A stretch of DNA of 64,000 bases. Source: an uncultured Desulfobulbaceae bacterium (GTDB taxonomy: Bacteria > Desulfobacterota > Desulfobulbia > Desulfobulbales > BM004). Made by a program: the position numbers and the translations under genes. Under the pieces are notes generated by a model. The model was not told the origin of the DNA. It worked only from the letters and a program-made list of their open reading frames with translations, and did not search any database. The number at the start of each line of letters is the position of its first letter. The first letter of the stretch is position 1. Below are positions 58,797 to 64,000 of this stretch, piece after piece. Location: positions 5,224 through 69,223 of the forward strand of contig CAMYKS010000025.1 in NCBI GenBank assembly GCA_947259115.1, given 5' to 3'.

Positions 58797-59447
58797 TTAG
58801 AAGTTGAACCTGATGCCGGCAAGAATGCGGTGGCAGCCATATTCATAATCCAGGCTTTTGCCGTCATCCGTATTAAAGTCCGGGTCCAGTGTGGCCAAGT
58901 AACGGTAGCCTATATCATAGGTTATACGTTGGTTAAGCTGCCAACCGATACCGGCGCCGACCTGAAATGCCAGCTGGCTGTCATCATCATCCGCCAGGGG
59001 CTGATCCACAATAATGGCGTTGTCGAGCTCTATCTTTGCCCAACCCGCTCCCAGGAGCGCATAGAGGATAACACCTGAGGACATACGATGCTCCCCTATT
59101 GAGTTAACCATAATACCCGTCCGTTTAACAGAACCATCGGCCCTGACTTTTCCCTCTAAAAAATCAGCCTCGTCAAGGTCGTTTTCAGCATAGCTAAGCT
59201 CAAGCTCCACCCTGCCCCGTCCTATTTTGGGATACCTGTCTCCCAGATTATAACCCAGAGTTATACTGCCATCAAAACCAAGGTCATAATCTATGTTATA
59301 GCTTCCCTCAGAATCCTTTGCCTTTGCTTCATCAGGAACAGCCAGGCCGCCATGCAGGCCGAGATAGAAATTTCCGGCAGCCATAATAGGCTTAACGGAA
59401 ATAAACAAAAAAGCCAAAAGAACCGCGTATTGGATTATTCTTTTCAT
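58797..59447 (-). CDS. outer-membrane beta-barrel protein (OmpA-barrel/OmpW-like)
   Basis: Signal peptide, alternating beta-strand pattern, and the terminal …LAGIRFNF aromatic residue. Confidence 0.75.
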   Translation of the reverse strand: MKRIIQYAVLLAFLFISVKPIMAAGNFYLGLHGGLAVPDEAKAKDSEGSYNIDYDLGFDGSITLGYNLGDRYPKIGRGRVELELSYAENDLDEADFLEGKVRADGSVKRTGIMVNSIGEHRMSSGVILYALLGAGWAKIELDNAIIVDQPLADDDDSQLAFQVGAGIGWQLNQRITYDIGYRYLATLDPDFNTDDGKSLDYEYGCHRILAGIRFNF

Positions 59448-59491
59448 AACTTTCCTCTTAATTGCTTTTCGTTGTTGACTTACAAATTCAG

Positions 59492-60649
59492 CTAATCAAC
59501 GATAATATCGGTTTGTCCGGTTACGCCATCAAAACTTGCCTCAATAAAAGTGGTGCCCCTGGCAGTACTGGCAAACAGCCCCCTACTCCCGGGTGTATTG
59601 CTGATGGTGCCCACCGAATTATCAGTTGTCCGCCAGCTTGCCAGCTCGGTAACATCCTGCTCACTGCGATCAGAAAAGGTCCCGGTGGCTGTAAACTGCT
59701 GCTTTTCGCCTTCCACGATCCTGCTCTCTTCAGGAGTTATAACGATAGACCTGATAACCGCATCGGTAACGGTCAGTTCAGCAGTGTCCTCAATGGTCCC
59801 TCCTGCCGTTTCAAATGTTGCACTGATGTCCATTGTACCGGGCGCCACACCTGTAGCCAAACCATCTGTATCCACTACCGCGATTCCCCCATCAGCAGAC
59901 TGCCAGTCCACCAGATCCGTTACATCCTGAGTCGAGCCATCGGAGGATTCACCGTCTGCTGTAAACTGCACCGTAGTGCCCTTGGCTATCGTTGCCTGTT
60001 CAGGGATAATGGTGATAGAGGTCAGGGCAGCAGCGTTTACCAGCAGCTCTGCATTGCCTTCAAGTCCCTGCCATGCAGCGCTGATTGTGGTTGTACCGAG
60101 CGCAACGGCAGTGGCCAGCCCTGCTGCAGCTTCTATGGTTGCCACTGCGGTATCTGATGATTCCCAGGTTGTCAGGCCTGTTATATCCTGGGTGGAGCTG
60201 TCTGAAAAAGTTCCGGTTGCTTCATATTGCAGGGTAATCCCTGCCTGCAACTCTGCGTCCTGGGGCATTATTGTAATTCCGGCCAGCAGGGCTTCCGTTA
60301 CAACCACAGGTCCGCTGCCTGCAAGATCACCCTGCATCGCAGTTACTGAAGTTTCTCCCGCCGCAAGTGCGTTTACCAGGCCTTCCGTGCCGGTAGCGAT
60401 ACTTACAGAGGCGATGTCATCGTTTCCAATGCTCCAGGACACTTCGTCTGTAATATCCCGGGTAAATGCTCCGGAAAAATCACCTATGGCCCTGTACTGG
60501 TTTACGGTCCCAACCGCCATGGATTCATAGGTCCCGCTTACCTCAATGGACGTGAGCGGCACAAAGGTATTATGCCGTGTCGGGTCATCGTTCGAGCAGC
60601 CCGACGCCAGGAGCAGCAGGCAGGATAGTAAAATTATACGAAACCCCAT
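59492..60649 (-). CDS. lipoprotein with four tandem Ig-like (Big_2-type) domains
   Basis: ATG at 60649 preceded by GGAGG. Lipobox LLASGCS. There are four repeats of about 85 aa of the form …SI.I.P…A.G.T.Q..ATG.FSD.S.QD.T….W.S.D..(V/I)A(T/S)(V/I)…. Confidence 0.8.
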   Translation of the reverse strand: MGFRIILLSCLLLLASGCSNDDPTRHNTFVPLTSIEVSGTYESMAVGTVNQYRAIGDFSGAFTRDITDEVSWSIGNDDIASVSIATGTEGLVNALAAGETSVTAMQGDLAGSGPVVVTEALLAGITIMPQDAELQAGITLQYEATGTFSDSSTQDITGLTTWESSDTAVATIEAAAGLATAVALGTTTISAAWQGLEGNAELLVNAAALTSITIIPEQATIAKGTTVQFTADGESSDGSTQDVTDLVDWQSADGGIAVVDTDGLATGVAPGTMDISATFETAGGTIEDTAELTVTDAVIRSIVITPEESRIVEGEKQQFTATGTFSDRSEQDVTELASWRTTDNSVGTISNTPGSRGLFASTARGTTFIEASFDGVTGQTDIIVD

Positions 60650-60870
60650 TGCAATTCCTCCCCTGATTAAAATCATGTGCAGCAAAATAGCACGGTGCAT
60701 TATGTCCTGCAAGCTTCGATTTTCTAAAATCACGTATTTTAAAAAAACACGCAATTGCGAAACATTTCTCAGTAAACCGGGAAAACCGGTTTGCATATTA
60801 GGCCAGAAAACTTTATAATCTCATGATTATACTATTAATGACATTCTGTAAAATTAAGCATGGAGGTTCC

Positions 60871-62814
60871 ATGAAAAAAGCAATCAACCCGTTGTTCGTA
60901 GCTGTTATAAGTTTGTTTTTGTTCTCTGGTCAGGCAGAGGCATATGTTCAAGGCAATGGTTTTCTATGTGTCAATGACGGCAATGATGCTGGTGCCCGAG
61001 GTGTTGATCTCCAGACTGCACTTGACGACGTTTCAGATACTTTAAACGAAATACGGCTTATCCAGGAGATTTACAGCATTGCAAATGATCCGTCCGGCCA
61101 TTTCAATATTACTGCAGACCACTCCCTGACCATCAGCGGCGGCTGGAATAGCGACTGTTCGTCCCGGACAGACAATAAGGACCTCACCATTCTGCTGGGG
61201 GGCCCGCTCCAGGAATTGGTCGGCGGCGGGGTCCTCTCGGTTAGAATCGTGGGTAATCAAGATCCCGCCACTGTTGCAATTTCAAACCTGACAATGCGAA
61301 ACGGCGAAACAGACGAAAGCGGCGGTTCCTTCTATTTCTTTTACGATAATGGGAACCAGACAAGCTCGGGCAGCCTCAGTATCAGCAATGTTACAATTGA
61401 ATCAAACTCCGCACGTACTTTGGGGTCCGGTATTGCAATTTGGAACGAAGGCTCTTCACACAGGCTCGATGTGGATATATCCGATTGTATAATCAGGGAT
61501 AACACGGTGCCGGTTAATTCAGGCGGAGGGCCTGCCGGTATATACATTAACGATATTTTTTCCGGAATTGGCGTCGATGTCTCTATTGCCAGGTGCCAGA
61601 TAACTGATAATATGGCCGATGGAGGCGGTGGCGGGGTGCATCTCGATGTCAAAGAGGGAGATGCCACGCTGGTAAACAACGTTATTGCCCGAAACACCAC
61701 TCTGGATGACACCGGCGGTGGCCTTTATTTTTATAATGAATTTGGGGGGAGTCTGACACTTACAAACAATACCATCACGGAAAATGAAGGCGGCGGGCTT
61801 TACCTTGAGTTATTGACCGACTCGTCCCGAATCGATATCTACAACAATATCATACTCAATAACTCCATTTTCGACACTTCCGTTGACAACGATGGCTTAG
61901 ATATTTATATCGATGATCCCGACGGTAATGAAGTTGCTATAAAAAATAATGATTTCAACACCAGCGTGCCGGAGGGTTTTTATATATCAAACGATGCTGC
62001 TCTCAGCCTGGAGAATAATCTGGACAATGAAGATCCTCTATTTGCCGATGCGGCCAGCAACGATTTTCATCTGACATCCCTTTCCCCGGTTATCGACATG
62101 GGAGACAACGCAGCACCTGCCGTTCCTTCCGACGATCTGGATGGTCTCACCAGGCCGGTTAACGGCACGGTGGACATGGGCGCCTATGAATACCAGGGGG
62201 CTGCTTCCACAACCACAACTGTTCCCGGTGCAACCACTACGACAACAACCCTGCCTCCTACAACAACGACAACGGGACCTGCGACAACAACAACGTCCAC
62301 GACCGTACCTGCAACAACCACTACGACAACGGTGCCCGCCACTACGACAACCACCCTGGCAGGAGGATCAAGCACCACGACAACCCTGCCGGCAACCAGC
62401 ACCACAACGACTACCCCTTCTACGACGACAACATCAACCAGCAGCACAACGCTGCCGGGCTCCACCACCACGACAACGGTGCCCGGTAAAAAAAGCAACA
62501 GCAGCAGCAAACTCTGCTTTATCGCCACCGCAGCATATGGCAGCTACATGGCAGACGACGTTGTTGCACTGCGCAATTTCAGAGATGAGCATCTTCTGAC
62601 CAACACCGCCGGCCGCGCCTTTGTGGAATTCTACTATGCCCATTCACCTCCCATAGCAGACTACATTGCCGCCCACGATACCCTGCGGCTGCTCACCAGG
62701 ATTTCCCTTACTCCCCTTGTATTTACGGCAAAGAATCCTCTGTCAGCCGGCTTTATGGTCTTACTGCTTGGAATTTTCCTTGTGGGTGGTGTGTTGAGAA
62801 AAACGGAAGAATAG
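60871..62814 (+). CDS. secreted right-handed beta-helix protein with Thr-rich stalk and CFIATAAYGS C-terminal anchor module
   Basis: Signal peptide from the ATG at 60871 (GGAGG Shine-Dalgarno sequence). Repeated …N.I..N…GGG.Y… coils. A T-rich region of about 90 aa. Then CFIATAAYGS…LRNFRD… and a terminal TM helix. Confidence 0.8.
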   Translation: MKKAINPLFVAVISLFLFSGQAEAYVQGNGFLCVNDGNDAGARGVDLQTALDDVSDTLNEIRLIQEIYSIANDPSGHFNITADHSLTISGGWNSDCSSRTDNKDLTILLGGPLQELVGGGVLSVRIVGNQDPATVAISNLTMRNGETDESGGSFYFFYDNGNQTSSGSLSISNVTIESNSARTLGSGIAIWNEGSSHRLDVDISDCIIRDNTVPVNSGGGPAGIYINDIFSGIGVDVSIARCQITDNMADGGGGGVHLDVKEGDATLVNNVIARNTTLDDTGGGLYFYNEFGGSLTLTNNTITENEGGGLYLELLTDSSRIDIYNNIILNNSIFDTSVDNDGLDIYIDDPDGNEVAIKNNDFNTSVPEGFYISNDAALSLENNLDNEDPLFADAASNDFHLTSLSPVIDMGDNAAPAVPSDDLDGLTRPVNGTVDMGAYEYQGAASTTTTVPGATTTTTTLPPTTTTTGPATTTTSTTVPATTTTTTVPATTTTTLAGGSSTTTTLPATSTTTTTPSTTTTSTSSTTLPGSTTTTTVPGKKSNSSSKLCFIATAAYGSYMADDVVALRNFRDEHLLTNTAGRAFVEFYYAHSPPIADYIAAHDTLRLLTRISLTPLVFTAKNPLSAGFMVLLLGIFLVGGVLRKTEE

Positions 62815-62854
62815 CCACTGAAATAAATTAGAACAGCAGATCGTATCTTTGCAA

Positions 62855-62885
62855 AAGGCAGGGTTTTTAAGCCCTGCCTTTTGTT
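62855..62885. terminator. bidirectional terminator
   Basis: aaggcaggg / ccctgcctt forms a 9-bp stem with A/T flanks. It lies between convergent genes. Confidence 0.85.
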
Positions 62886-62898
62886 ATGTATCACCGTG

Positions 62899-63213
62899 TT
62901 AATTATTAAGCGTTTGAACATACTTCTTAAGCGAACGCATGGGTGCTTTGCGGCCATCCATTTTCTCACCTTCCATGTTTCCCACAAGGCAGTTATTGAT
63001 CAGCTTGGTGAGCTTCTTTTTTTCCCCAGCATTTTCCAGGCCCTTGCCCCCTTTATGGCAGCTGTTGCAGGATGAACCGTTTGCTGAACCGCTGAGCTTG
63101 GGATCATTGAACATCTCCTTACCTGTTTCAGTTGAACTTTTCTCGGCTCCAAAAGCGCTTCCACCTATTAAAAACAGGGCACAGACTGCTGCCAACACAA
63201 TATGCTTTTTCAT
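62899..63213 (-). CDS. small periplasmic monohaem cytochrome c
   Basis: Signal peptide, a single CNSCH, and a distal Met-containing segment (LVGNMEGEKM). Confidence 0.8.
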   Translation of the reverse strand: MKKHIVLAAVCALFLIGGSAFGAEKSSTETGKEMFNDPKLSGSANGSSCNSCHKGGKGLENAGEKKKLTKLINNCLVGNMEGEKMDGRKAPMRSLKKYVQTLNN

Positions 63214-63383
63214 TGTTTCCTCCTTTAGTTTTTGTACAACAATTCAGAACAATCACGTACCGCGGTATTTTTCCGGAAGCTTATTTATGGCAGTATCAGG
63301 GCCGGGAATCAACACCAATAAATAAGCAGTAAAATACTGGATAAAATCTATTATTTTATGTGGCTCTAAATTATTTTCATGTT

Positions 63384-63446
63384 GTCATCTCGAACGGCCA
63401 CAGGCCGGAGAGATCTTAAAGATTTCTCACATTCGTTCGAAATGAC
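63384..63446. repeat. compound inverted repeat / hairpin
   Basis: gtcatctcgaacg … cgttcgaaatgac matches at 12 of 13 positions. It encloses cggcc-aca-ggccg and gagatctt…aagatttctc. Confidence 0.7.
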
Positions 63447-63889
63447 ATCTTCAGGTTTTATATGATATCTGGCCGTTAAATATGAAACTGTAAATGAGTC
63501 GTACTTTTTTTTGTAACTACAACATTATTTACCGAAGCGACTTGTCAAATTGGTACATTGTGCAACCTACACAGCCAATTACCGGTACCTGAGAATTGTT
63601 AAGAGCCACTTTATTTTATTGTTATAAGTGTCATTGCATGCATGCATATTGGAGAGAGTTCCAGCGCTGGAAGGACAATCATTTAAAACCTGTATGCACA
63701 AAACAATAGGCCACTTTTATCGATATTTCTAGGAGTTACGGAAAATTGACAGGACAAAAATCCATACTTATTTTTTAATTATAAGAAGGCAGTAGTATTT
63801 TGCTGCAAGGCTTCATCCATTCACATAGGTTTGTGGATGAAATGAAGTATTTACATAGAAGTTGGAAGGAGGTGATCGTATGAACATTG

Positions 63890-64000
63890 TACCATGGAAA
63901 CCGTTTGATGAGTTGACTACCCTGCGGCGGGATTTAGACACCATATGGGACCGGTTTTTCCCGGAAACGCCTTTTCATGAAAGGTTTACTACCCATGAAT
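63890..64000 (+). CDS. Hsp20/alpha-crystallin small heat-shock protein, 3' end beyond the window
   Basis: GGAAGGAGG Shine-Dalgarno sequence followed by MNIVPWKPFDELTTLRRDLDTIWDRFF…, a typical sHSP N-terminus. Confidence 0.75.

Noticed and set aside
62184-62528. 114-aa poly-Val minus-strand ORF and the 62141-62599 plus-strand off-frame ORF
   Set aside because: They are antisense or off-frame readings of the Thr-rich (ACN) stalk region of the beta-helix protein.
63540-63560. Sigma-54-like promoter ttggtacattgtgcaa upstream of hsp20
   Set aside because: The GG-to-GC spacing is two nucleotides shorter than the strict GG-N10-GC consensus, and the site is about 340 bp from the start codon.

Overview
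This is a 64-kb chromosomal window of roughly 50% GC by eye. Its gene content looks like an anaerobic Desulfobacterota (deltaproteobacterial) genome. Most of it is housekeeping. There is an Mla/Pqi-like lipid ABC transporter operon, rpsA-sppA-ihfB, tsaC, ppx/gppA, guaB-guaA, rph, tgt-yajC, and mreB-mreC-mreD-mrdA-rodA-gap. There is also tRNA-Ala(GGC), mpl, pntAA-pntAB-pntB, mtnA, an LsrF-like aldolase with a Zn-ADH, and c-di-GMP proteins (REC-PAS-GGDEF-EAL, PilZ). I saw no transposase, integrase, rRNA or CRISPR array. The items worth a second look fall into seven groups.
1. Two paralogous modules pair a putative HTH protein with a lipoprotein that has a shared Gly-rich N-terminus. One lipoprotein is a 12-haem cytochrome and the other is a DUF5666-like protein followed by a poly-Asp secreted protein.
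2. An intergenic repeat family is built from a 23-bp hairpin unit. It occurs as two inverted arrays 11 kb apart plus solo copies, and is related to two 8-bp microsatellite arrays.
3. A roughly 95-bp AT-rich element sits next to gene 5' ends at three loci.
4. A 93-95-bp tandem duplication copies the last 18 codons plus the 3'UTR of the lsrF-like gene.
5. An AT-rich three-gene islet lies where secDF normally follows yajC.
6. A Cys/Trp-rich N-terminal domain is fused to an SDR epimerase.
7. A surface-protein cluster includes a beta-helix protein with a Thr-rich stalk and a CFIATAAYGS C-terminal module.
All family names come from recall of motifs. No searches were run.
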